The notes under the pieces are model-generated. The model was not told the DNA's origin. It searched no databases and saw only the letters and a list, made by a program, of their open reading frames with translations. A DNA stretch of 47,349 bases from Intoshia linei (Eukaryota > Animalia > Orthonectida), in NCBI GenBank assembly GCA_001642005.1, contig LWCA01000147.1, positions 1-47,349 on the forward strand, in the 5' to 3' direction. Position numbers and translations under genes: made by a program. Every line of letters begins with the position of its first letter. The stretch's first letter is position 1. This document shows positions 25,932 to 38,600 of the stretch, piece by piece.

Positions 25932-28900
25932 ATGAAGCGAGGGAGAAAACGTATGAATAATGACTCAAACAATATGGCAGAAAATGATAATTTAAAAAAC
26001 GAAACAATTGCAATTGGGACAAAAAATAAGCCCCGTTCAAAATCAAAATGTAAAAAAATGAAATTGTTAATTTTAACCTTTTTAGCATGTAAAAGTGTAC
26101 ATTGCGATTTGTGTTTAAAGGAAATATTTGGAAATGAAGTTGAACATTGGGCTGTAGACCATTATGTTGAAAAGGTAAAGTCATTTAATTGTTTGTATTT
26201 TTTTATTTATTTATCTTTTTGGAATCAATTTTAAAATGTTTAAAATTCAACAGGATTTTAGAATTTTAAAATTTAAATTGATTTTAGATTAATGACAAAT
26301 TTGAAAGTATTGATATTGAACGAATTCATCAAATTGCTCACAAATTTAAATGTAAAACTTGCCACAAAATATTTGTCAATTTGGAGTATTATAAGGAAAA
26401 ACACGTTCAATTTTGTGGAAAGGACGTTAGACCTGTTAAATGTCAATATTGTCAGCAACTAATCAAACCCACGTCATTCAATTATCATGTAAAATATCAT
26501 CATGCTGATCAGTTACCCAAAATGAAGTATGGATACAAAAAAAACATTTTTGAGACTCTTCAATCGTCTGATCCTAGTCAGATTGAAGTATATGAACCTA
26601 AAATTATTAATAAAAATCCTATTATTGACACGTAATTTTTCTTTTTTTTTTATGTATTGTTTTTTAGACCGCGAATCAAAAAAAAAATTTCATATGCTGA
26701 AACTTCAGACGTATTTTTTTATTTTATCTTTTAACATTTTTTTCAAATGAGGTGTTTTGCACACTAATTGATATTTCAAATACTAATAAGTGGTGTGATG
26801 ATTTTGGTTTTAGTGATGGTTTCGTTTATGTGACCTTGCAATCTTTATTCTTATTATTATTGGTAAAAGGTTTTGATGATGTTGAAATTTATGGAAATTT
26901 TCAAACATATTTCGTTTGACATGATATATATATAATTTTTTTTGTCATATTCAATCTTGGGATTTCATCACTGAGTCAGTGTTTTCCAACTACTCTGTAG
27001 TTTCACTTTCATTTTCAACTTATCAAAATTCAACCAAAAAAAATTTCGCGAACCTTTAAATAATATTATAATGAAACAAAATTATTTTTTGACCAATTTG
27101 TTCGAATTTTATATGTTCAAATAAAAATTATGACATGCCATAGAATTTATGAATATCTGTACAAAAAAATTATTATATAAAGATTTTTGAATTGATTATA
27201 GACCAGAGATAGAAACGAACTCAAATTTGCTGTGTTAATTTCGAGATTATACCACAAAATTATGTCGAGTCAGTTCTGTAAAAAAATTATTATTTTTTTT
27301 AATCAGCCCTTCAAGTGAAATCAAATCTAAATTATTTATGTTAATGAGAAAAAAATTAGTTTTATTGTTTGCGAGTTTTCAATTTAATGAACAATATTAC
27401 GTAAATATAAATAACCTTGTAGTTTTCAGTGATACTCAAGTGCACGTTCTTTATTTGTCGTCAAGTGTACATTTCAACACAAAAAATTACCTTTTGCCAT
27501 GAATATAATTTTTTTAATCAAATTCAATTTAATTTGGAATATAAAGGCCCTTTTACTTTAAATTTAGCCGAGGGGTTCCAGAGAGGAGTGTTAGAGTATT
27601 GAACGTTTGTATTAATTCCATGTAAAATCATTTTTCCGATAAAGTAATGTTACCCCAACATTGAAATATATACTTCATCGCTGCAATTTTGCAATTGGTA
27701 GAAACTAGTCTCAGTGAAACTTTAAGTCTCTCAATTTTTTATGTATTAATCAGCGAAGCAAGATCTATCATAGGTTTAAAAAAATAAAAAAAATGGGCCG
27801 AATTAATTCGTAGAAATTGACCTTTTTCATTTATATGTAGATATGAAAGTCTTAACAATTTTGCAAAACCATAAATATAATTATTTATTCACACATTAAA
27901 TATATATTATATTCTATACATATATCAAATTGCCATTATTTATCATAACCTCATACATTTTTGAATTAAATGATTTATGTAGCCCTATAATCAGGTTTTT
28001 TTCCTTTAAATTGAGTTCCTGGACAATGAGATATTTTCTGCCATACATGCATTTTCGAATTAAATTGTGAACCATCATATAGCCGATTCTTCATAATTGA
28101 CCATAGATTTTCTATTGGGGATATATCAGGAGAATAAGGAGGCCAACCTAATAATTTTATTGATTCAGCAGCAAACCTTTCCCTTGTTTTTTTGCTCACA
28201 TGAGGTCTAACATTATCTTGTTTAAATATAAAGCCAGAAACTATATTACTTAGTTCAGTAAATACATCTTCAAAGAAAATTTTAATATACGAATCGCTAT
28301 TATCGGTATGGTCCAATTTCCTAATCATATCTTTCCCGCAAGATGTTAAACAATACCCAAATCATTATAGATCCACTTAAAAATGCTCTTTTTCGAAGTT
28401 TTAATGGATTCCACGACATGAGATTATCACTTCCGTCTAAAGAAAATCTACATTCATCCGAAAGTACGATTTTATCAATATCAACCCTATTAAAAAAGAG
28501 GTTGCGTAAAAAATTTAGGCGGCCATTCTTTTGTGCATCACTCAATGTCGACGCGGGTTTTTGCAATATTTACCTTTTCGATACCATCCTTCAAATCTTT
28601 TTCTATTAATTTTGTAATAATATTTGACATGTCATTTGCGATAATGAAAACAGTTTAAAAACAATTATTTGTCAGTAAATCCGAGTTTATTATGTTTTCG
28701 ATAGTTTTGCAAAATTGGTGAGACGTTTAAAGTAACAAAATAATTAAAAACTTTAATTTCTACGATTGTTTTCAGATTATTTTTTTTATTTTTTTACCAA
28801 TGAAAGATCTTGCCAAATCGTTTAATATGTAAAAAATTGAAAAACTAGCATGTAGTTTAGATTGGTTTATATCAATCAAAATTGCTGCGAGGAAGTATAT

Positions 28901-31900
28901 TTCATAAAGATAATAGCAAAGTTATACTTTGTTCAATTTTAAACTGAAAATTTTTGAAAATGAAAAATTACATAACAATGATAAAAAAACAGAAGGAATC
29001 AATTTATAACATTGAAACCTATATTTTTGTATTTAAAATATGCATACAGTCAATTCCCACTTTTTTTGAAATTGTTGCATGAATATTTAAATTTACAAAT
29101 GTCTATTTTCAAAAAGTTGAAAAATATTGGTTGACAATATATTAAGTGATTTTCACCGGAATGCGTAAATTTCTGGGTTGAACCTTTTTATTTAGATCAA
29201 CTGGAATAAGATGTATGAGAAAATTATTTTTATAAATTCTAGGACACTTTTCACTTAAAAAAAGGTAATCTGTGGTTTTGATAGTGAAAATACATATTTT
29301 TAAGGTTACCATTTATGCTAATGCTTATGATTTTAAAAAGTATCCCAGAATTCATGTTTTAATTTTTTTTAATCATGTTTTTAATTCTATGACTTTATTT
29401 TTAAAAAATTATCATTTTGGGTTATTACCATGAAGATGTCAGTTTCGGGGATTGAGATTTACGACAATGTTAATGATTTTAAAATGCGTCCCAGGTGTTA
29501 TGTTTTTTTAAATTTTAAGGTTGCTTTTATTTTAAACGGTGTTGCGTTTTTGACCCTGAAAGACTCATCTAAGTATTTTTTTGCATACTGCATTTATTAA
29601 TTAATTTGATTTATCAATGGTTTCGTATTTTACATTATGTAACCATGTATTATAATCAGGACCGGGGAGATACACTATTCATGGCTTAATTGAGAATAGT
29701 TTTTATCTATAGATGCAAAAAGGTTAAAATTAAACTCAAATTTTGAAATTAATTGTTTTTAAAATGAATGAATTAAATTGAAATTATTTTTAAAGATTTT
29801 TTACGTTGAAGGACTTAATTTCTGAAATGAAATTTGGATTAAGATATGACTCGAAAAACTGTATTAGAAATTGGGTTTTTTTTTTAATTCTAAGACTGTT
29901 AATTTTTTAAATAAACGGTAACACCCAGACATTTTATTTTATTGGTAAAGTAACTTTTTATATTTTTTTTAATCTATTTCTCATTTGTCTCTTAGTGGTA
30001 AAATTTATTAATGGTTTGAATTTTCTATGACATTAAAAAAAATTTTTAAAAAATCGCGCGAAAATTATTTTTGTGAAATGTCAGGTTCATACGTTTCAAA
30101 GTTTGAATTTATGCTATATATAAAAACTAAATTTTAAAATACTTGTATAGTCTGATCCAAAAGCTCATTTTTCTGATCCACATGAATGGGAAACTAATAA
30201 ATCACTATCCAGTGAAAATGAATCTATAGACGATCAAGCTAGTATTGAAACCGACTTTAACTCTGACCTAGTACCTTCACAAGCTGAGGATCTATTCTCA
30301 AATTCTCCTAGTTTTATAAACTTTATTTTTTTATTTTTTAATTTTATTTCAAGGTATTAATCGCATGCACAAAAAATATGCTATTAAAGACAATAAAATT
30401 ATTATCATACCTTCGAGAAAAAAATATCAGAGTAATTTATTGTTTTGTTTATATACAGCGGTAGCCGATTTAAACTGTAAAGTTTAAATCGGGGATTCTC
30501 AACCTGGGCGATTTATTTCCAAATAAACTTAATTTCTAATTGATATTAATATCATCTTATAATGCTTAAAATTATATTAAAAATTTTTTTCTAAATAAAT
30601 TATTATTAGAGTCTCTAATAAATGTTTTTAAAAGGTGAAAAAAATTTAATCTATGGGGCGACGGTTTAAAAAAGGTTGAAAATCTCTATTTCAACCCATA
30701 ATTTAGGACTTTATAATATACGTGTATATTTTTTAGTTAATAAATTTACTAAAGATTTGGAACATTATTATTTCGATGTAAATAGAGAAGATTTGAATAA
30801 TTATTTTACAAAAACTGCAATGAATGAAATTTTAAAAAAACTTTTTGATTTTAAACCCATTCTCGAAATTAATGAAAAATTTTTCCGGAAAATTATCGAT
30901 AAGATTCATCCTATTCATGTTGATTCAATATCCATTGATTCTACATTGTACAACATTAATTATTTAAAGGGTGAGTTTTTATATTTTATTTATTTTTTAA
31001 AAAAAATAATTGTAGATATGATTATTGTCAATTTTGGCATGTCAATCGCGTCAATTGATTGGCAACATACGAATAACTCTGACACAACACACTTGGCTGT
31101 AGCAGTAAATCACGATAAATTTTTTTCGCGTTATATTTACACTGAAAATGTTGTCATTAATTCTACCATAACTATTTTAAAAATTGATCAACTTCCGTAA
31201 TTGTTTTCTGTTTATCATTTTATTTTTTTATAGTCAATCCCAACATACTGCTTCAATTTTATTAAATTTTGATGTCATTGGTGGGAACATATTGCAAATT
31301 AAATTTTGTCCTGTTTTTTCAAAGACAGATGTACTTTTTTTTTTTTTTTTTTTTAATTTTATTTTTAGAATAATTCAACGTTTTTATTGATTTCTCTATC
31401 GAATGGTTCAATAATGATTTACAAGTATATTATAATTTATACTATTATGCAACTTATCATGGTGAATCAATTATCGCATAACCAAGGGTCCGGAATTTTA
31501 TGGGATTATTTTAATTTTTATTGTGTAGATATTATTTTGAAATCTGTTTAGAAAACTTAAATAATTAATTAAAATTAGGTAGAGTTGTCAACTGTTTTAA
31601 TTCATTGACACTCTTTTATTTTTTGATTTTGGGGAATTAACACACTTTCGCTTAGAGAAAGTCCAACATAAAATAGAAAAACGAATTTGTCTTGTTAAAA
31701 TATTACTTTAATTGATTAATTAATTTTAATGGTTAGAATCGATTTAATCAACTCTAAATTTACCAAGTCCACCCTCCAGTACGAATCATTGCTAAAATGC
31801 ACTCTATCTTTGATCCCAGACTACAAAAGTAAGCATTTTTATTTATGTTCATAACATGTGATTAGAAAACGATAAAAGATGTTGCATATCATTTGATTGG

Positions 31901-33206
31901 AGTGTATCTGATGGTGGAACATATGTTATTGCAGGATTTACAGACAGTAATTTTTATTTAAATTTGGTTAATTTTCTTTCAAGATTGTTTGTCTCTCTGG
32001 GACTTTAAATCTATTACAGATTTTGATTCAGACATATTTACGAGCATTAAAACAATCAACAATGACAAGCTTCTTGGGCTCGTCGAATTAAATTTCATAA
32101 AAAATAATATAAACTGCTTAACGGATACAGAGTAAGTATATATAATGTGAAGTAAAAAGTTTTAATATTTGCAATTCGTGATATTGTAAATTTTATGAAC
32201 CCCTTGTAAAATAATTTTGTCTAATACATTAAAATAGCATCATTGTTTACAATACAAACCTGGAAATTGTATATGAATATAATAAATTCAGCTCCGATTG
32301 TCATTCTGTGGATATCAAAGTTTTTCCAATCGATATTTATTTTGAAATTGTAGAAAGTCATCGACTGTTTTTTTTTGTATTCTAAATTTATTTTATTTTA
32401 GATTAAAATCTGTTTTTCGAGTAATAAGACCGGATAAAGAGAGGAAAGATGTCATTACAAAAAATTTCTATGAAACAGAAAGCTGTTTAGCTGTAACTTT
32501 TTTTTTTTAAATTTAATTATTCACTTTATTTAGAAATGTTCACCAAACATGTACACTAATTGTACTGCATTATCGGATTATTGTGGGAATTTGGTGCTTG
32601 TAAATATTTACAAAGACAAACTCCCACCTAAATCTTCAAAATATCCTTTCGTAAGTTTTAATTATAATGTTCTATTTGCTATCTTGAATTATATATTAAT
32701 TTTAGCCCATCTTGAAAATGTGTCTCAAAAATGAACAAATAATAATTTCCACTAACAATAAGGTAATGGTTGTAAAGATTTTTGAAAACCAATCAATTTA
32801 GAGTAAAAATGAAAACTTTTGTTATAAATGGGGATACCAAGAAAACCAAACCAACATTGAAAGTGGAATAGATACGGTACACTATTTAATTAACATTAAT
32901 TGAATGTCTATAATGGTAATTCAACCAGTATACTACAGTAGTTGAATAAAATGTTATGTTATGTATTAATAGTTTTTTTGTTTATTTAAATTGTCTTTTG
33001 AAGTGATTAGATTTTCATGATTCTTTAAAAAAATTTACTTAAAAGCCCATATTCGAAAATTTTAGGATGGGTTCAAAATTTCAAAATTTTTATCTAATTG
33101 TATAATTTAGCTTCAATGGAACCCTTCATTAAAGTTTTACAGGTATTTGGCGTGTGGCTCAAAGAATGGAATCTTGATAATTATCAACTGTAAAGATTTT
33201 CTGTAA
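25932..33206 (+). CDS. GTF3C2: Zinc-finger plus WD40-repeat protein, GTF3C2 (TFIIIC110)-like; many small exons and a TE-filled intron at about 26711-30150
   Basis: N-terminal exons encode CDLC..H....H, CKTC..H...C and CQYC..H....H fingers. A phase-0 join ETSD|SDPK leads to an acidic region, then IVNFGMSIASIDW...HLAVAV and GNILQIKFCP, and finally LQWNPS..YRYLACGSKNGILII to TAA 33206. These match the GTF3C2 WD40 signature as recalled. Some internal exon borders were not resolved. Confidence 0.65.
27671..28897 (-). mobile_element. Tc1-type DD34E element with long (about 200 bp) TIRs and a frameshifted transposase
   Basis: ORFs 28321-28566 and 27975-28328 give LSDECRFSLDG..IMIW..FKQDNVRPH..WPPYSPDISPIENLW, with 34 residues between D and E. 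Ends TACTTCATCGCTGCAATTTTG and CAAAATTGCTGCGAGGAAGTA have TA flanks, and inverted similarity extends inward. Confidence 0.9.
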
Positions 33207-34532
33207 TAAACAGATAATTTGTATAATTTTATGAAAATTTAACTGACTAATGTAATAAATTATTCATTTACAATTTGATTTGTTATCGTTTTTTTGTTTC
33301 AATTGTATTTTGGGAATGTTATAAAATTTTAATAAAATAACAACGGTTTTAGATTAATTTTAAATATTTTTGTGGTCCACGGAATAAAAGACTGATTCTT
33401 TCTTGGCCAGTTAAATTGCAAATTTAGATATTTACTTAATAATAATCTTAATAAAACAAGTGTTCAAATGGGATTCTACGGTGGTCTCCAACTTTCCTAT
33501 TAAACTATTATTATTATACAACAATAAAAAAATTCCTAATTTTGAAAATATTTACCGAGAAACAGAAGATTGGATTCAGAAAAATTTATTAAACCTTTTA
33601 TTTTAAATTGATAGATTTAAATTTTTTGTTCATGTTAACTGGAAATAAACATATCAGCTGTAACATTTTTCGAAATTATTAACTTAAAATAATCTGTCTG
33701 TCTGTGTGTGTGACTGTAATGAAATAACTACCTCTCTTAGAATTTTTTAAAGACCACATTTTAATTACAGTTTTTTCCGGAACGTATAATAAGATAAATT
33801 TCAACCTCCCAATTTCACATCTTACAGGTCAAACCCTGTTGTCTCTCTTTTTGAAGAGCAAACGAGTTGGAGAATTTAAAAAAATATACCTCGTATTGAA
33901 AATCAAACGAGTTGGAGAATTTAAAAAAATTATATCTTCAGGTCCAAAACCCAAAATTACCCTTCCTTTTTTTTGAAAACAGCCCTAGCATTTCAAAAAA
34001 TTTACAGGTGGTACAGTTGTATACTGTTAACACACATAAAAAATTTCAATTCGAATAAGTGGTGACTTCACGGTCAAAAAAGTATTTTAGTATTCATATA
34101 TTTTTTTTCGAAATATATTATTAAAACAAAAAATGTGAAATAATTAACAGTCCGAAAATTAAAAAAAAAGATTGTTCTGATAGAGCTTATTCCAGTTGAT
34201 ATAAATACAAAATTTCAACCCCAGAAATATACGCATTCCCGATGAAAAATAATTTTTAATTTATTTATAAAACTGATTGTTTTATTTTCAAAACAATCCA
34301 ACAGAAATTAAAAAAACCATATTTAGAGTCAGTTTTTCCCATTTGACCAAATAAGATAAATATTAGTCTGAGAAATATCCACCTTAATGGTCACAAACCC
34401 AAATAATTTTTTCTTTTCAAGATTGAAAAACCAAGTGTCCTAGTATTTTAAAATATATTATGGCAAAGTTTTAATATTTTATTTAAACAGAGTAATTATA
34501 AGTTTTAAATGAAATTATTTGTATATGAATAT

Positions 34533-35337
34533 TTATTTCCTGGGATAATTTGATTTTAACGTGAACACGATACTACGAACCAGTTCCATATATGCATCAA
34601 CTTCATCATATGTCAAATTTTTTTCTTCCACTGTTGCTAGAAATGGTTTAATAGCCAGCTACAATAAATAGTTTTTTAAATTTTTTATTTACATTCATAT
34701 ACAGTTTATTAATAGCGGTTAGACCTATGCTTAACGATGACATATAAAAACTAATCCCGAGAATCCGAACAAGTACAAAAAGTAAAAATGGAATTTTAAC
34801 TCGACCCTAGTCATTAATCAATATTTAAAATTAATACACTTTACAAAATCATAAAAGATACACTAAACTATTTTTTTGCAATTAATTTTACTTGAAACAT
34901 TGACGGATGAAAATATTTCACTTTAACATGTTTTTCAATTAAATAGTTGATACATTTATACATGGATACTTGATCGCCAATCTTAAGGCATTCAATAATG
35001 TGTGCCATAGAACTCCACAAAACTTTAGCCATAATTAAAGCGTGTTTATCTTTATTCAAATGAATTAATTTCATCTCTTTAAATTTTTTAAATGTATCCA
35101 ATGTCTCTGGATATATTGTGAATAAGTGATGGTAAAACCTCATGGCCGTCTCTTTATTGTTTAGTTGGTCCCATGTTTTAATTATTTTCAATACTACTTC
35201 ATCATTTAAATTTTCAAGAATAATCATACTCAAAACCCTTTAAAATGTTTGATATGTATATTATTTTTTTATTCTTGATATTTCAATAAATGAATGCAAT
35301 TACATCTAGTATCTAAACTTTACCTGAATATGTCCAT
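34533..35337 (-). CDS. Single-domain globin, about 161 aa; exons 35337-35324, 35237-34892 and 34658-34533
   Basis: A-helix W (IIKTW), B10 Y (RFY), C2 P, CD1 F, proximal F8 H (LIEKH) and a phase-0 intron in helix G (MFQ|LAIKPF) at the ancestral G7.0 position. All junctions are GT-AG and in phase. Confidence 0.9.
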
Positions 35338-35606
35338 TATTAGTAAACTATTTACGAAATATTCGATATTTTGATATACATCGGATCTAGTATTAAATAA
35401 TAAAGTAAATTGATTATGGATTACAACGTAGTAATTTCATCAATGTCATACATGTAACATTTTATTTGTTCATTTAAGATATCAAATGTGTACAGTAATA
35501 ATAAATGTCAGATAATAATAAAATAATGTAATAAATATTAAAAGTATTACAAATTTATAAATAATTTAATTTAATTTTAATTTACATTTTTGTGTATTAA
35601 AGGTGT

Positions 35607-38600
35607 TTATAAGGATTTAAAATTTTGACATTTTTTACGATCAGTTTGTAAATTAAAACATGCCAACAAATTTTTAAATTTACTCTTGGATTTTTTTCGT
35701 TTAGTCTTGTTGAAATTTTTATACAGTTTAATTTGATATAAAAGTCCAACAAGTAATTTATCGCAATTGATATTTAGTAAACTTGATGTTTCAATGTATT
35801 TTCCATTTAGTGTTATGGCTAGGTTAATACCGTCAATTTTTTTAGCTTCTCGTTTTCTTTCCAAGTCAATCTTATTTCCAATTACTATTACTACGTTTTC
35901 GTCTGAAAATTCTTTCATTGTTTCAATTTTGTCTACTATCCATTCAAAAGTATTGTAGTCATTTATTGAATAAACAAATAAGTATGCATCGTATTTTTTT
36001 TCAATGTCTGTGCACTAAATTGTATTGTATAAACATGACTACATTATAACAAAGGTGGTTTAATTCGTGTGACCATATTTTATACGTAAAAAAATTATTG
36101 AAATTATTGAAATTACTCATTCATTTTTATTATTTTCATTGATTTATTATGTACTTTATTCATATACTAGGTTGACTGTTATGTACTACGTACAAACAGC
36201 ACCTAGCTCTGCCGAGGGCACATTTTTATTTTATCATAAAAATAAATTTATGTTGAAAATCTAACTTAAACATCCTACTATTCACTATAACGGAATCTTC
36301 ACTTTATAAACATACTTCAGGTGAATTATCAATATTGCAAAGGATTGTAATAAAGTTTTATTAATTTTAGTAATTCGTTGTTTTAATTATAATTTTAAAC
36401 AAAATGTATTGAAAATGAGAATTTGAGATTGAAAAATTGCAAAAGAATGAATTATATAAATTTTCACCTATATTTCTTTATTGGAAATATGTAGACTTTC
36501 AATGCACGTTTTTTCTGAAATTGTACGATCAATATTTACATTTTTAATTTTTATTTTAATCGAAATATTTGAAAAATATTCGTTGATAATATATTAAAAG
36601 TATTTTTCACTGGGAATGCGTAAATTTCTGCTGTTGAAATTTTGTATTTATATCAACTGGAATAAGCTCTGTCAGAATAATCTTCTTTTTTTAATTTTCG
36701 GACCGTTAATTATTTCACATTTTTTGTTTTATTAAAATATTTCAAAAAAAAATATATGAATACTAAAATGCTTTTTNGCGTAGATTTTTGGGGTTGAAAT
36801 TTCGAAATTATATTGACTGGAATAAGCTCTATCAGAATAATTTTTTTTTAAATTTTCGGATTTTTAATTATTTCACATTTTTTGTTTTAAAATATTTCAA
36901 AAAAAAATATATGAATACTAAAATGCTTTTTTGACCGTGAAATCGTAACTTATTCGGATTGAAATTTTTTGTGTGTGTAAACAGGATACAACTTTATCAC
37001 CTATAATTTTTTTAAATACTAGGGCTGTTTTCATTAAAAAAAAGTAATTTGGGGTTTTTGATCCGTAAAGTGTGAGTTTGGGAGGTTGAAATTCCTCTTA
37101 TTATACGTCCCGGTAAAAACTGTAATTGAAATATGGACTGTATAAAATTCTAAGACTGGTAGTTTCAATAAAGTAGAACACACACACACAAATATTGCAA
37201 AGCATATTATACACAATGTATATTATACATGTATGTAAAAGGATTGTTCATTTATTATGTATTTCTAATTGAAAGTAATTTGTAATTCAAATATTTAGTA
37301 GTGAAAATATAAGTCTAGACAAAATGTCAACTACGCAATTTGTAAATTTCTACAAATTTCTGCGCATTTATGGTAATAATCAGGGCCGGACCTACTCTGT
37401 TCGAGGCCACTCTAAAATGCAAAATAGGCAGCTAAAAAACTTTGTCACAAACTATGGGTGTAACTAACGCAGTGTCATATAACCCTAACGACCTCTCTAA
37501 GGCTTTTGACTTGATGTATTAAATTTATTACACAGAATATTTATGATATTCAAAAATATAACTTTTTTAATGGTCAATTTTTGAAAAATGAGGCCCTTAT
37601 TTTACATAAAGTTCGCCAAGACCCCAAAGAGGGTTCAGTGTATGTTAGGTTCGGCAGTGGTCATACTAATTTAATATTTTTGATTCATTTTTGCATATAA
37701 CTAAAAATCTATTTTTTATATTGTCAATCCTTACTTATATAAAGTAATTTAGTTAAAAATATGTCTAAACAAAAGATATATAATTATATATATTTTATTA
37801 TAATATATAATTATACATAGATAAACAGTGTTTATCTATTTATTTGTCTGTTTGTATATTTTAGTTTATTTAAGATAATAAGAGGAGTCGAGTTTTAAAA
37901 AATCCATATTTCTATTATAGTTTTTTGATGGAGATGTTTTATCGCAAATTTTATTTTCAGAAAGTGAGTTCTTCAAAGTCAAAAACCTCAATAATCCTTT
38001 TTTTTAATTTCAAACAATTCTTAGAATTATAATAATTAATAATTAAAAATTTTAAAATTATAAGCATTATTATAAATGAAACTTCTAAAATGTGCATTTT
38101 CACGATATTAACCCAGATTACTTTTTTTTTAAAAAATGAAAATATTTCTAGTATTTTAAAAATATATTGCTGCTACTCTCCTAATTAATTAAGTAAGCAT
38201 ACATAAACAAATTTAATATCACAAAGTGATTTTTACTAGGAATACGTAGATTTCTGAAGTCGAAATTTTGTCTAAACTGGAATAAACTGTATCAGAATAT
38301 TCTTTTTTTTATATTCTAGGTCCATTAATTACGACATTTACTAGTTTCTCATAAGATACTAATCTAGAACCATTGCTTCTTTCAAATGTTTGGTTATAAT
38401 GCAAATATTTAATTTTAAAAAAAATAAAAAGAGGAAAAGAAAGAGAAAATAATATTTTCCTTTTACGACCATGAAGGCGTAAATTTATGAGATTAAAAAT
38501 TTTTGTGTGTGTTAATTGGAAATAATTTATTAGCTATGATTTTTTTAAATTCTGGGACTATTAAGTTTTTTTAATTTTTTAAAATAATGCTACTTTGTGG

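Noticed and set aside
36618-36935. About 150-bp tandem duplication around the N at 36777
   Set aside because: It flanks an assembly gap inside a repeat, so it is likely a contig-overlap artefact.
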